DNA of 64,000 bases. It comes from Amoebidium appalachense. Lineage: Eukaryota > Protista > Ichthyosporea. Under the pieces are notes generated by a model, which was given only the letters and a program-made list of their open reading frames with translations, did no database searches and had not been told where the DNA came from. The DNA lies in the NCBI GenBank assembly GCA_963693365.1, contig CAVNZM010000012.1, positions 1,240,001 to 1,304,000 of the forward strand. The letters run 5' to 3'. The translations under genes were made by a program, and so were the position numbers. Shown in pieces: positions 50,131 through 63,423 of the stretch; position 1 is the stretch's first letter, and the number at the start of each line of letters is the position of its first letter.

Positions 50131-50848
50131 ACAACTTGCTCAGCAATATCATAAACAACAACAACAAGAAAAGGAATACTGCAACTTCTCTTTATGACAA
50201 CAGATATGTATCCGCTGCTCCACTGTTAACCGCGGAAGTCTCTGTACGGCGTGGGCAAAACAGCCGGGCCTGTGTGCGCCTGTACCCGGACAAGCACACA
50301 CACCCCGCTTTTCTTCTCTGGCCAAAACCACCGGGGTATGGCTTATGTCTACAAAACCACACTTCAAAACGGGTGCGTGCTATAACGGAACAAAGAAAAA
50401 AACAACAACAACAACATACAGCACGTAAAACAAATCATCGATCCTGTGAAAGTTTAGCCACACTTTCAAGTCCACACATATCACAGTGACTTGAATCAAT
50501 TCATGATTGTTACCAGATTAGACTCAAACACAACTACAACCCAATAATCATAATGATTGGTCTACTCCAAATACTTGTGTGAAATCAACCAACAGTACCT
50601 TTTCTACTGTCCCACAACACGAATTTTCGCCAGTATGCTATACCGAAAATCCCCCCTAACTAAACAAATCCAAACAACACTATTTTGAACGTTTACATCT
50701 GCACAGCCTGAAACAGCAAATATTTGTTTGACAATAGTCAATATTGGATAGTATCAAAATAGATCATGCATATACAATTACACTGGCAAACAAGGCATCA
50801 TATCTCGTCTTAGTATATCTGGCCATCAAACTGACGTTTGTTTGGAAG

Positions 50849-50925
50849 TTACTTGGAGCCCAGAAGTGGGGCGTGGACGTAATTGTGGAGACCGTGAATC
50901 TCCGGTTGCGAGCCCATCTGTATGT

Positions 50926-50963
<38 letters not shown>

Positions 50964-51136
50964 GCGCGCGTGTGAGCGCGTGTGTGTGTTTGGATATACG
51001 AGATTAATTGTTTGCTTGTAGTTCTGTTTCTTTTCTTTTCTTCTTCCACGCCCATCATTATTTTTGGGACGAAAAAATATCCTCCCACTACATCGACCAT
51101 GCTTCCTGCTTGACCAACGAATAGCCCATGCCATAT

Positions 51137-51192
<56 letters not shown>

Positions 51193-52030
51193 TCCCTTCC
51201 CGTGGTTCCCACTCAGTTGGTCCCATCTCCCCCTCCCCCCCTCCCCCCCCCCCCCTCTTTTTCTCCGCCACCCTCCTCCCTTGCCCCATTCCATGCACAC
51301 GACACACCCATACATGGGCACGCACAAGAAGAACTACCACGCTAACGACTCTTGTCTCCTCACACGCAAACACTCCCCAAGCCACACCCTCCCAACCCTA
51401 ACCGCCTAAACCAATACACCCTTCGAGACATACGAAACAACCCCACAGATAAAAACAACACCTTCACCGTTCCCATTGTATATCCCCCACACACCCACGT
51501 GATAGTCGCACATACACACACACGTAAAACGTGCACACAGACGTACACACACAGGTGCACCCACGTAAAGTACACACGCGCACACACGTTGCACGTGCAC
51601 ACGTACAAACACATGCACACGCCCATGTGCACACACAACCACGTGTATACACACACGTGCAGCAACAGTGCGCATACACACGTAAACACAAGTGCACACA
51701 CGCACATACACGTGCACACACCTTTTTCAACTTTGCGTCGTCGGCACGTTCCTCCTCCAGCGCCCGAAGATATTCATCGTTGATGTCTCCCGTCACATAG
51801 ACGCCTGGTGGAAAGAACCCGCCAGGATTGTGAGTCATTCATCATCGGCACTGTTTCATGTTTTTTCCGGTTTGTTTTCCCCCATTATTTTGATGGGTGA
51901 GTGGGTGGGATGAGGTGTGAGTGAGTGAGTCGGTGGGTGTGTGTGGTGGTGGTGGTGGTGGGGGGGGGGGGGGGGGGGTAAACGCGGGTTGGTGGGTGGG
52001 TAGAGGAGGAGGAGGAGGGTTGGGGTGGGG

Positions 52031-52064
<34 letters not shown>

Positions 52065-52849
52065 GGTTGTTGTTGTGCAGGCAACATTTGCAGGATGCAA
52101 AGCGCAAGGTATACATCAGGTCGATGGGTATGTTAAGTGCGGGTGAGTTGTTATACAGCAGGGTGGGTTCGATACGAGATGTTGCCACACACACACACAC
52201 ACACACACGTACACACATGCACGTGCATGTGTACACACACGCGCACACGTACAGACAAGCACAACAGTCCTTCACACCATTATATAGCGATGCACGTCCA
52301 CGCCCACACAAACCCCACACACACATGTCCATTGTTTTTTGCCTAAACACGTGCATTTGCGCGTATAGGCAACGTGCATCCATACCATTTAAATATCTCA
52401 CAACCATCACCAAATCTTTTCTCTCGTTTTCCATTCTATCTCTTAGGAACAAACAAACACAACAAACGATGTTACCGTTGAACACGCTGCAGTCAAACTC
52501 GCTCATCAGCGGTGTGCCGGGCGCAGCAGACAGAATCGACTCGATCAGCCCGTCAAGATCCTGAAAAAAAAATATATATATATGTCAACCACACATATCC
52601 TTGTTGTGCAATTGGGTTATTTGAATTTGCACAATAATAGTCTGATGTAGACTAACTCTACGTTGTAACCTACATTTCATATTCGTATCCTCGCCCTCAC
52701 CAACGCTTACACACACCCTTCTAAGCAACCCCCCACCCCCCCCCACCCCCCCCCCCCCCCCCACCTCTACCTAACCCACATCTCCAACCCAAACACTGCT
52801 CGAGCTTATACTGCGTCCTTTCCTTGCCCCCCACCACGCCAACAAGGCC

Positions 52850-52891
<42 letters not shown>

Positions 52892-53261
52892 ACCCACACT
52901 CACCTTCCCGCCACATCCCACTCCTATCCACCCACCCACCTACAACCAACCACCAACAACCACACACCCCCACCCCCACAGATACACACCCCAAACAATA
53001 CCTGTCCACCCACCCACCAGCCCCTATCCAAGCAGCTATCCAAACGCCAATTCCACCCCCTTCCCCCCCCCCCCCCCCCCCCCCCCCTACCCACGCACCT
53101 GGAATACGAGAGCATCGACACCAATCTTCTTTGCTACGTCATCCACTGACCGGCCATAGGCCACGAGCTCATTGCGCGTGGGCATGTCGATGCCGTACAC
53201 GTTGCAGTGCCTGTGTGTCGTGTGTCGTGTGTGAGTGTGAGTGTGAGTGTGAGTGTGTGTG

Positions 53262-53302
<41 letters not shown>

Positions 53303-54295
53303 GAAATGTGTGTGTGCGCGTGTGTGCGTGTGTGTGCAGAGGTTTGGGGGACGGAGAGATCGGGGAGGTCAGAGTATGCACATTAGAGAGTAAAAGGCTT
53401 CACAAAGGTGTCCCTTTATAACGCATCCACACACAAACGAACCAACAAAAACGTAGCCCTTGACGGCCAGGCTGGAGCCGGGGTGCCGGGTGGTAGAGAT
53501 GGTGTTTTTCTTTTCTTTTCTTTTTAATTTACCCATTTTTCTTTTTCTTTTTCTTTTTCTTTTTCTTTTTCTTTTTCTTTTTCTTTTCTTTTTTTTTTTT
53601 TTTTTTTTTTTTTTGGGGGGGGGGGGGGGGGGAGGGGGAGGGGTTTAACCAATTGCACGACTAACCTTTACAAAAGTGAAAAAAAGTTGGGCTGAAGGAG
53701 GGGTTCTTTACCTGATCTCGGGGGCACAGGAGGCAAAGAAGACCTTGTTAGCACCTGCCTCCCTTGCCATCTTGACGATCTCGGCAGAGGTCGTGCCACG
53801 CACAATAGAATCTGCGTAGGAGAGGAAAGGGAGGGGTCAGGGGGGTTTAGGATATGTTATATTGATTAAGGAGTACACATTTACAACGGACAATACAATA
53901 CCGAGTGCAAAGCGCACATGGACAGCATGCACAATAAGCAGAGCCCATCCTCGGGGGGGGGGGGGTTTTGAATGCGTCAAAAAGTACGAAGTACACAAGA
54001 ACAAACGGATAACACGATGCAGAATGCAAGCCGGGGGGGATGATGAGATGTTGTGTTGTCGCATGTTGCAAGTGGCCACGGAGAGGTGTTTTGTATTTGG
54101 GGGGGGGGGAGGGGGGGGGGGGGGGGAAGGAAGAAAGAAGGGAAAAAAAGAAAAAGTGTACACACAAACAGTATTCATCATAAGTAGAGCCCACTCTTAA
54201 GGCAAGGCCTCAAGTCATCCACTGTGCCCAAATATTGCGTCTGGAGGAGAGAAGGGTGGGGGGGGGGGGGGGGGGGGGGGGGGGTAGAATACTTT

Positions 54296-54343
<48 letters not shown>

Positions 54344-54584
54344 TGGTGGTGGGTGGGTGGGGGTGGGGGCGGGGGGAGAGGGGGGGGGGGGGGGGGGGGG
54401 AGAGGGGGAGGAGGGAGGAGGAGGGAGGGGGATAATACCATCTACCAGCATGACGTTCTTGCCCTGGAACTCCAGGGGCATCACGTTGAGCTTACGCCGC
54501 ACAGACTTAACCCTGCACAGCCACACGTCAGCACAAGTGCACGGGCACATCCTGTGTCTTACCCGTCCATTGCCTCCCCTCCCC

Positions 54585-54621
<37 letters not shown>

Positions 54622-55682
54622 TTCCCCTCCACCCCACCCACACGCACACCCTTCTTTTTCTTAAACCCCACCAACACTGCGCGTTCATTCGATCCCGAAC
54701 TTCTCATCAACACCCAAACACCCATTACCTATTGCATGTATCCCTACCTCTGTGCCTGGCCGGGCATAATGAAGGTTCTCCCCACATATCTGTTCTTGAT
54801 GAACCCCTCACGGTAGGTTTTGTTCAGTGCCACTGCTAGCTGCATGGCGGCAGTGCGTGATGTGTCCGGCACCTAAAAATACCAACAGTCAGTATGTGTG
54901 CTAGCGCTGCCAGATCCACCGGGTGGGGAAGGAGGGGGCGGGGAGGGGGGTTAGAATGCGTGCTAGAGTACGAGGTACAAATTCACACCGAAAAACACAA
55001 TGCAGAGTGCAAATCATACAAAGAGTATGCCTATTAATTAGAGCCCATCCTCGGGCAGTGGAGGGGAGAGGGGGAAGATGCGTTACCGAGTACAGAGTAC
55101 ACAGTCATGAGGATAAGACTATGCTGGGTTGCAAAAAGAAAAAGGGCACACAACAAGAGAATGCATCATCGGTAGAGTCCATCCTTAAAGGGCCTAAATC
55201 TTACCCAGCACTAAGTTTAAAACCATTCACCCCCAAATGAAGCAAGTTAGGCTTTTTTTTTTGGCGGGGGAGGGGGGAGGGGGGAGGGGGGAGGAGAGGG
55301 GGGAGGGGGGAGGGGGGTAAGGGGGGTATGTATGCATTATCCGGTGGGGAAAATGCACATAATGTACGGGGGGAACTGGTGTGTGCGTATGTGTGTGTGG
55401 TGGTGGTCGTGGTGGTGGGGAGGGGAGTGGTGGTTGTGGGTCAGGATGTGTTACAGAAAACGAAGTACATGCTCACAAAATGCAACACAAATTACGTTTG
55501 ACAAAGCACGCATAAAAAAAAAGTGAATGCATCGTCGCGGTGGCAGCGGGTGGGGGGGGGGGGGGGGGGGGGGGGATGAATACGGGAATAATGACGTCGA
55601 TCTCTTCCAAGAGTTTCTTGTCCTGTGAAATCTTCCGTGCAAGAACCTCTCCCATGGCCAGACGTGCCTTGTACACAGAGAT

Positions 55683-55750
<68 letters not shown>

Positions 55751-55967
55751 TGTACGTATAACCGTGTTAGAGTTGAACACATTGCCCCCTCGGTTACAAC
55801 CAAAGGGTAACGGTGCCTACAATAATACAAAAGCAAAAAAAACCAAACATCAACTGCACACAAGTGCATCAATTTTGCAGGTGTGGTAAGCTTGTGTTTG
55901 AGTAATGGAGAGGTGTCGGACAGTTTCCACACACAAAAAGAAGCACCACTACCTACTCTCCGTCCAG

Positions 55968-56014
<47 letters not shown>

Positions 56015-56106
56015 CCTGCACACTCACACCCACCACCACCACACCACACAGACACACACACTTCCCACCCTACACACACAAAAAAAAAAAAACAGTCCTT
56101 CAGCAG

Positions 56107-56155
<49 letters not shown>

Positions 56156-57752
56156 ACACAGACACACACATACACATACACATAGACCAACACTAATACT
56201 AGCGCTCACCATCAACAATGGAGTCTAGGCTTGTAAAGTAGACTTACTCAAACATGCACGGGGTGAGCCCATCCTTCCCCCCCCACCCCCCCCCCCCCCC
56301 CCCAAAACACACACACCCCTCCGCCCTACCCCCCCTCCTTCACACACAAAAACACACACAATTTACATGTGCGTACATTATGCCCCCCCCCCCCCCCCCC
56401 CCCAAACACACCCACACAGACAAACACACACTCACCCGCCCACACACGCGCGCACACACCAACGCTAGCACCCACCATCAATGATGGAGTCCGGGCGTGC
56501 AAAGTAGACGTACTCAAAGATGCACCGAGTAAGCACATCCCCTCCCCCCATCCCCACCCCCCTCCATCACACATAAACACACACAATATACATGTGTTAC
56601 ATATATGCCCCTCCCTCTCCCCCCCCCCTCCCCTCCCTTCTCCCCCCCCACACACACACTAGCACCCACCATCAATGATGGAGTGCGGGCGTGCAAAGTA
56701 GACGTACTCAAAGATACACGGGGAGAGCACACCCTCCCCCCCCCCCCCCCCCCCCCCCCCCCCCATCCATCACACATAAACACACACAATATACATGTAT
56801 ACATATATGCCCCTCCCTCCCTCCCTCCCCTTTCCCCATTCCCCCCTCCTCCCCCAAAACACACACTTACCCACTCATCCGCCCACACACACACGCAACA
56901 CGTACACCCACCATCAATGATGGAGTCCGGGCGTGCAAAGTAGACGTACTCAAAGATACACGGGGAGAGCACACCCTCCCCCCCCCCCCCCCCCATCCAT
57001 CACACATAAACACACACAATATACATGTATACATATATGCCCCTCCCTCCCTCCCTCCCCTTTCCCCATTCCCCCCTCCTCCCCCAAAACACACATCCGC
57101 CCACACACACACGCAACACGCACACCCACCATCAATGATGGAGTCCGGGCGTGCAAAGTAGACGTACTCAAAGATGCACGGAGTGAGCACCCCCTTCTCC
57201 CTCAGGCACACCCGCCTCTCCATGGTCTGATTCTGCTCCTTCTCACCAAGACCACCCTTCTCGGCTTTCCTCTTCTGACGGAAAATAACGGCCTCGCCTG
57301 AATGTGAACAAAAAAGGAAAAAAGAAAAAGAAGGGAAAGAAAAGGAAAGGAAAAAATGAAAGAAAAGAAAAGAACAATAAAACAAAATAAGAAAATAGAG
57401 TGAAAGGAAGGAAAAGGAAAAAAAGGGAGAGAAAAGATGGGGAAACAGGGTTTAGCACTACAGTACCGCTATTTCTTTTGGAGATTCTGTGTCAATCAAT
57501 TGATGACGAAGTTATATAATTTGCAAAGTGTACATTCAGAACAAAGGCCTGTGTGCGTGTGCATGTATGAGCGTGGATGTGCTAGTGTGGATGTGCATAT
57601 GCATGTGCATGTGCATGTGTGTGTGCGCGCGCGTGTGTGCACGGATATGAGCGGGGCGTGTATGTGTGTGGGGGTGTGCACACGCTTGCATGTTTGTGTG
57701 TGTGCGTGCGCGCGAGTGTGTGTATGTGTGTGTATATGTGCATGTGCATGTG

Positions 57753-57803
<51 letters not shown>

Positions 57804-58340
57804 ATGTGTGTGCACGTGCAAATCCTACCTGCCGCCACATCCCCCAGCAGGGTGAACCCAAGCACATCCAACACGACGCTCTCAGATGCCACAATGTAGT
57901 CTGTGCCAGTCTCCGTCTCCCTCTGACCAATCACAAGCGGCCTCAGACCGTGCTTGTCCCGGAACGCAACAATACCGAACCCTGCACAAGGGAATTTGGC
58001 ACCCCGTCAGTCGATTTTTTGAAAGGCAACAATATCGAACCCTGCATGAGCGAAATTGGCGACCCATGAATTCAAGGACCAGGGGGTGGTTTGCGAATAG
58101 GAGCAGGGCTACAATACCGTTAGATAGAGTATGTGTACACGTCCTTAGGTTTGACAGGAATCTATTATAAAGAGAACCTACTGGATCGATTTCCACGAGT
58201 GTCGAACATGGTAATTCTGTGAGATGCATAACCTGGACTGGGGAAGTAAGGTTTACTCTATGCATATATATGGAATGCACACAGCCCATCTCTGCCTAGT
58301 GTGAACCTCTATTGGTGCATGCATCCTCAGAGAAGGGAAA

Positions 58341-58371
<31 letters not shown>

Positions 58372-58943
58372 GGGGGGGGGAGGGAGGGGGGGTTGCATAC
58401 CAGTGATCATAGCGACCACGGCATAACCGCCACGACACCTCTCATTGACGTTGGTGATAGCGGTGAAGATGTCCTCGTTATCGATTCTAAATGTGGGCAC
58501 AGGGAAAGGGTTAAGAGTAGACACCAGGTGTAATAACACAGATGTTGAGGTTTGGGGTTATGTCACAGTTTCAAGGTCAAACGATGCATATGGGAGTAAG
58601 ATCATGTATCTCCTGGGGTGCGTCTAGAAATAGACTTTCGAGCCTTCCCTACCATCGTTTACTACTAAGTATCAATGACACAATGCCCTCCCCCCTCCCC
58701 CCTCCCCCCCCCCCCCCCAGCACGCCGACCGACTTCCCACCCCACTTTCTAAGCCCCTCCCCCCCCCCCCCCCCCCCAACCCTTACCCAAACCATACCTC
58801 TTTCTCTCACCCCCCCCTACCCCCCCTCCCCCTCCCCCGGTTACGCAAAAACCAGCCTACCCCCCCCCCCCCCCCACCCCCGGCAAGCCTCCCCAAACCA
58901 TCTCCCCTCTGACCCTTCCTCATTATACATGAATACCCGCAAC

Positions 58944-59002
<59 letters not shown>

Positions 59003-59651
59003 GGGAGCACCCAAACATTCACACTACCGCCTACCATTTGGCGTGCAACCTTAACCATAAGAGCTAGGGCAGGACCAATTCTTTCATCGAAAATCAGTCC
59101 CATCAAAAATTAAAAAAGAAAGAAAAGAAAAAAGAAAAAAAAAAGATAAGTACCTGGGCTTGTCGAGCTGGGACAGTTCGTAAGCGAGGATATTGAGGAG
59201 GACCTCGGAGTCCGAGTCGGTGTTGATGTGGCGGTGGGCTTCATAGTCTAAAAACTGTTTGAGCTCCGCACTGTTGGTCAGGTTGCCGTTCTGCAGGGGG
59301 TTAAAGAAAGGGGGAAAAAGAAAAAAAAAGAAAGAAAAAAGAAGAAAAAAAAAGGAAAAGAAAAAGAAAAAAAGAGGATGGAGGTGTCAGTAAGGGAGCA
59401 GTGAAAGAAAGACTGGCTTTTGACCTCTTGTTTTCTTCTTTCTCCTTTCTTTCAATTGCTACTATTACTACCACTATTACACCTGCTGCTCCTAATATGA
59501 CTAATTCTCTTTCTTTCTTCTTCCCTTTGGGGAGGGGAAGGGGGTAGGTAGGAATCTGGTGGGGAAAGAAGGGGGGGAGGGCGGGGGGGCGGGGGGGCAG
59601 GGGGGCATGTATGCATTGAAGTGACGTGTATGTGCACAGCAGAGAGCGACG

Positions 59652-59719
<68 letters not shown>

Positions 59720-60586
59720 AAACACACACACCCATAACAAGGAAGGTACAGAGTGTGTGTGCGGGCCCGCTTGGACAGTATGCCCTGTGAACGTGTGTGT
59801 GTGTGTCTGAATGTGTATGTGTGTGGTTTGTGCAAGTTGGAGCTGTGAGCGATGAGTGGAGAGGATCCAGCATATTGAAACGCCCAGCAAAAGCGTGAGA
59901 AGTTACTGTGTGAGCTGTAGTGATGGGGGATTGGGGGAGGGGCGGTGATTTCTGTACGCAGTACGGGTCACGAAGATAGACGATAAAGCAAACGGAGAAG
60001 TGTACACGACAGCATGTGGTGGAAGGTGGGGCCAGGGAGAAAAGGGGGGGGGGGGATGGTTTCGGATGCAGAACACGGTGGGATAAACAACCGAATGATG
60101 AGAAGCACGGTGCAGGGCACATGCAAAAGCAAACATTCAAGTATGCAGCATCAGCAACACGCCGTATGCAACATAGCAGAACCCATCATCAGGGGAGGGG
60201 GGGGGGGGGCAAGTCACAAACTGCATCCGAGTTTCGACCCGTTAGCCTCATTTACGAAACCCATCTCAGGATAAGGTGTGTGTGTGTGTGTGTTTGTGTG
60301 TGTGTGTGGGGGGGGGGGGGGGGGGGGGGGGGGGGGAGGGGGGGTTACATGTGCCAGCGAGATACCGTAGGGGCTGTTGACATAGAAGGGTTGGGACTCG
60401 GCATTGGAAGAGGACCCGGCAGTAGGATACCTCACTGCAAGTAAAGGGGTTAATACATGTGTGTGTGTGTAAGGAGGGGGGGGGGGGGGGGGGGGGGGGG
60501 GAGGCGGGGGGAGGGCGGGAGGCGGGAGGGGGAGGGGGGGGAGGGGGAGGGAGTGAGCGAGTGAGTGAGAGTAGGTTGCGTGTGTG

Positions 60587-60618
<32 letters not shown>

Positions 60619-61806
60619 CTGCTTGGCCGTGTGTTGTCACGTTGTGTGTCCGCAGTTGTGTGCCCGTGATTGTGTGCGATATTGTGCATGTGTTGTGCGT
60701 TGTGCTTGTGTTTGTGTGTGTGTGTGTGTGTGTGGCGCGACTTTCCAACTCACACACTCTCATGTATATGATGCACACACACACACACCTACTTCATCAT
60801 AAATAGAGACATGTCAGCGAGCTAATATCAGCTACCCCAAGCACCTTTTCATCCAAAAGTGCCCAGCCCCCCCCCCCCCCCCCCCCTTCCCCCCCGGAAG
60901 CAGCCCCGTCCCCCCCCCCCCCCCCCCCCCCCCTCACACCCCCGGAGAAGGTAGCTCTGATCGATGCCCACTCTTCGTACGTGCTCCTCTACTTCCCACA
61001 ATCTACATTGTGTAGCCCGTTGTAAACATGCGTACTTCATGAAATGTAACACGGTCTAACTCCCTTTAGTTCCCCCGTCCCCCTTTCCCTTCCCCCCCCC
61101 CCCCCCCCCCCACCCGCCCACCCTGCAACACACACACACACAAACACACATCTCCCCTCCCTTCCCCCACCCACCCCAACCCTTCCCCGTCCACAACCAT
61201 CCCCTCCCCTTCCACACCCATCCCCTTCCCCCCCGCCCCCTCGACTCCCCCCTCCCCCCACCCCCCACCCCCCTCTCACACCAGTGACATTTTCCTGTTT
61301 TCAATCACGTGGCCTCCCACCCACCCCCTACCCTTTCTCCCTTCCCCATCCCTCTCGCTCTCGCTTCCCCCCCCCCCCCCCCCCTCCTTCCTCCCTGACT
61401 CGCCCTCCCTGACTCGCCCCCATCAAAAAAAAAAAAAAAAAAAAGAAACACGTCTTCACTCACCGTGGCCTATGCCCATGCTCCCAATCAGCACCTTAAG
61501 ACTATCCTCGTCAAAGACATCCCTCACGAGCCCACGTGCCTTGCGCTGGAAAAGGCGCCCGTGCATGCATGTGATTATGCCTGCTGCATCCTGTGTAGTT
61601 TATGAAGTATGCGGGAATTGAGGAATGGGGTTCGTGGTTAGATAGAAAAAAAGGAACGAAGCAGGATTTTGGTTCCGCTTATTGCAAGTGATCGAGCCTG
61701 CTGCATTATGTGTGAGGTGTGCAGGAAAAGGGGAATGAGCTGGTGGTTAGATAGAGAACAAAAACCGGATTACGATTACCGTGTGCGTGTATGCATGCAT
61801 GTGCAC

Positions 61807-61842
<36 letters not shown>

Positions 61843-61861
61843 ACAAGTGTGTGAATGAATG

Positions 61862-61892
<31 letters not shown>

Positions 61893-62158
61893 CTGTATTT
61901 GTGTGTGTGTGTGTGGGTGGATGGGTGGGTGAGTGGGCGGGTGTGAATGTGTGTGTGTGTGTGCCCGCGCCTGTGCCTGTGTATGTGTTGTGGGTGGAAA
62001 ACAGAGGACACAAGCGCAATGGGCAAGTGCAAGGGACAATGTGCGTGTGTGTGTGTGTGTGTGCATAGACACGAAGTTCCAGATGTCAAAGAGTGTTTCA
62101 GTAAACTGTGTGTGCATGCAGAAAAATGCCAGTTTGTTATATGTGTGTGCATGTGTGT

Positions 62159-62202
<44 letters not shown>

Positions 62203-62770
62203 CTATGTGTGTGTGTGTGTAATGTCTGTGTGTGTGTGTGTAGGAGTCAACCAAGAGCTAGTGTTTACGTGTGAGTGTGTGCTATCGCGTGTGCGTGTAA
62301 GGAGGGATGTGTTTTGCTTGTGCATGCGTGTGTTTATGTGTGAGTGTGAATGTGCTTGCGTGTGCACGGAACTTGCAGGCAAGGGTATACTAGTGTACTT
62401 GTGCTGCTGCGTGTGTTTGTGTATGCTGATTTGTGCTTGCTCCTATGGGATCGTAACTGTGCACAAATGTATGTTTACCAAGTGAAAAGATGCAAAGTTG
62501 TTAAAAGACACATGGGTGAATGCGGTTCATGCGTGCACCCTAAGTAAGAAGAAAAGGCAAGGTAGAAATTGTGAGTAAAGCACGTTGCCGGCGGCAGTGC
62601 CTCGAGCAGTTGTGTTTAGCCGGTGCTACTAATGCAGTTGTTTCAACCCACAAAAACACAAAAATGAGACCGACCTGTCCACGATGTTGTAGAATGTTGA
62701 GTGCCTCGTAGAGATAGGAGTTTGCTGACTCCTTCTCCGTGTTGAGAAGAAGTGCTACAATGCCACACAT
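50849..62770 (-). CDS. ADE4: Amidophosphoribosyltransferase (glutamine PRPP amidotransferase), 15 coding exons
   Basis: Exons: 62770-62675, 61590-61464, 60434-60349, 59290-59154, 58486-58401, 57981-57829, 57297-57130, 55684-55584, 54872-54748, 54512-54439, 53811-53712, 53210-53099, 52560-52476, 51804-51722, 50917-50849 (TAA). Motifs: [87 protein letters not shown]. Confidence 0.97.
53870..55190 (-). repeat. Cluster of diverged subfamily A intronic repeats in two ADE4/purF introns
   Basis: Heads GAGGATGGGCTCTGC (53953), GTGGGCTCTACTTATG (54194), GAGGATGGGCTCTAA (55052) and AGGATGGACTCTAC (55185). Tails GCATTCAAAACCCC (53965) and GCATTCTAACCCC (54947). Confidence 0.7.
56200..57130 (-). repeat. 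Four tandem intronic copies of the 3' end plus donor site of ADE4/purF exon 7
   Basis: CCATCAA(T/C).ATGGAGT starts at 57129 (true exon), 56911, 56669, 56475 and 56209. Confidence 0.92.
60055..60272 (-). repeat. Intronic dispersed repeat, subfamily A, with upstream extension
   Basis: Reverse complement matches 4390-4575, including GGCTAACGGGTCGAAACTCGGATGCAGTTTGTGACTTG. Confidence 0.8.
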
Positions 62771-63349
62771 CTTTATTCGCTAGCTTAACCTGTGAAAGGT
62801 GGCCCCTCAGTATGTGCACAGGCGTATAAAAGGGGCCCATAAATAGCCGAGAACAAGTTCGTCCAGGAATAAAGCTTATGCGTATCTAGGGAACAAAAGA
62901 AAACACAGGTTCAGCTCGTCCAAAAAAATGGATTACACGTCGCCCCTTTGACAAAGCCGTGTTTATGCACTAGGTTGGAGGCCAGTTTCTGTGTCTGGTA
63001 AAATCTACGACAGAAACACCGAAAGGCATCTTATTCGCATACATCGCAACCACATTTCTGGTGTGTGCTTGAACCCATCTAACCGACGACAACATCACAA
63101 AGCTGACTTCACACTCACCTTTAGAGGTTATTGCAGCCACATAGATGTTCCCGACAACCGCGCCGTTAAGCTTTAACCTCTCTCCAAGAGAATCACTAGA
63201 GTATACCCGGTACACATATACTCTACACTTGTAAGCTATCAAAACATACACACGCACACACATAAACAAACACCAAAAAAGTGGTGAGACACAGCACCAG
63301 CACAGACAGAGGACACATGGGCAGATGGGCATGTGCAAGGAACAATGTA

Positions 63350-63423
63350 TGACGTCATGAGTGCGCGCGTAGCCAATCATTGTGTCGCAAAATCATGCCA
63401 AAAATAATGATATTGTGCACGTG
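63350..63423. promoter_or_regulatory. Putative promoter module upstream of ADE4/purF: CRE, CCAAT and E-box
   Basis: TGACGTCA at 63350, AGCCAATCA at 63371 and CACGTG at 63418. Confidence 0.35.

Noticed and set aside
56200-57190. CRISPR-like repeat-spacer array
   Set aside because: The repeats are copies of an ADE4 exon end, the 'spacers' are related to each other, the context is eukaryotic and there are no cas genes.
61393-61420. Tandem TGACTC (Bas1/Gcn4-like) sites in an ADE4 intron
   Set aside because: This is a short local duplication in low-complexity sequence with no independent support for regulation.
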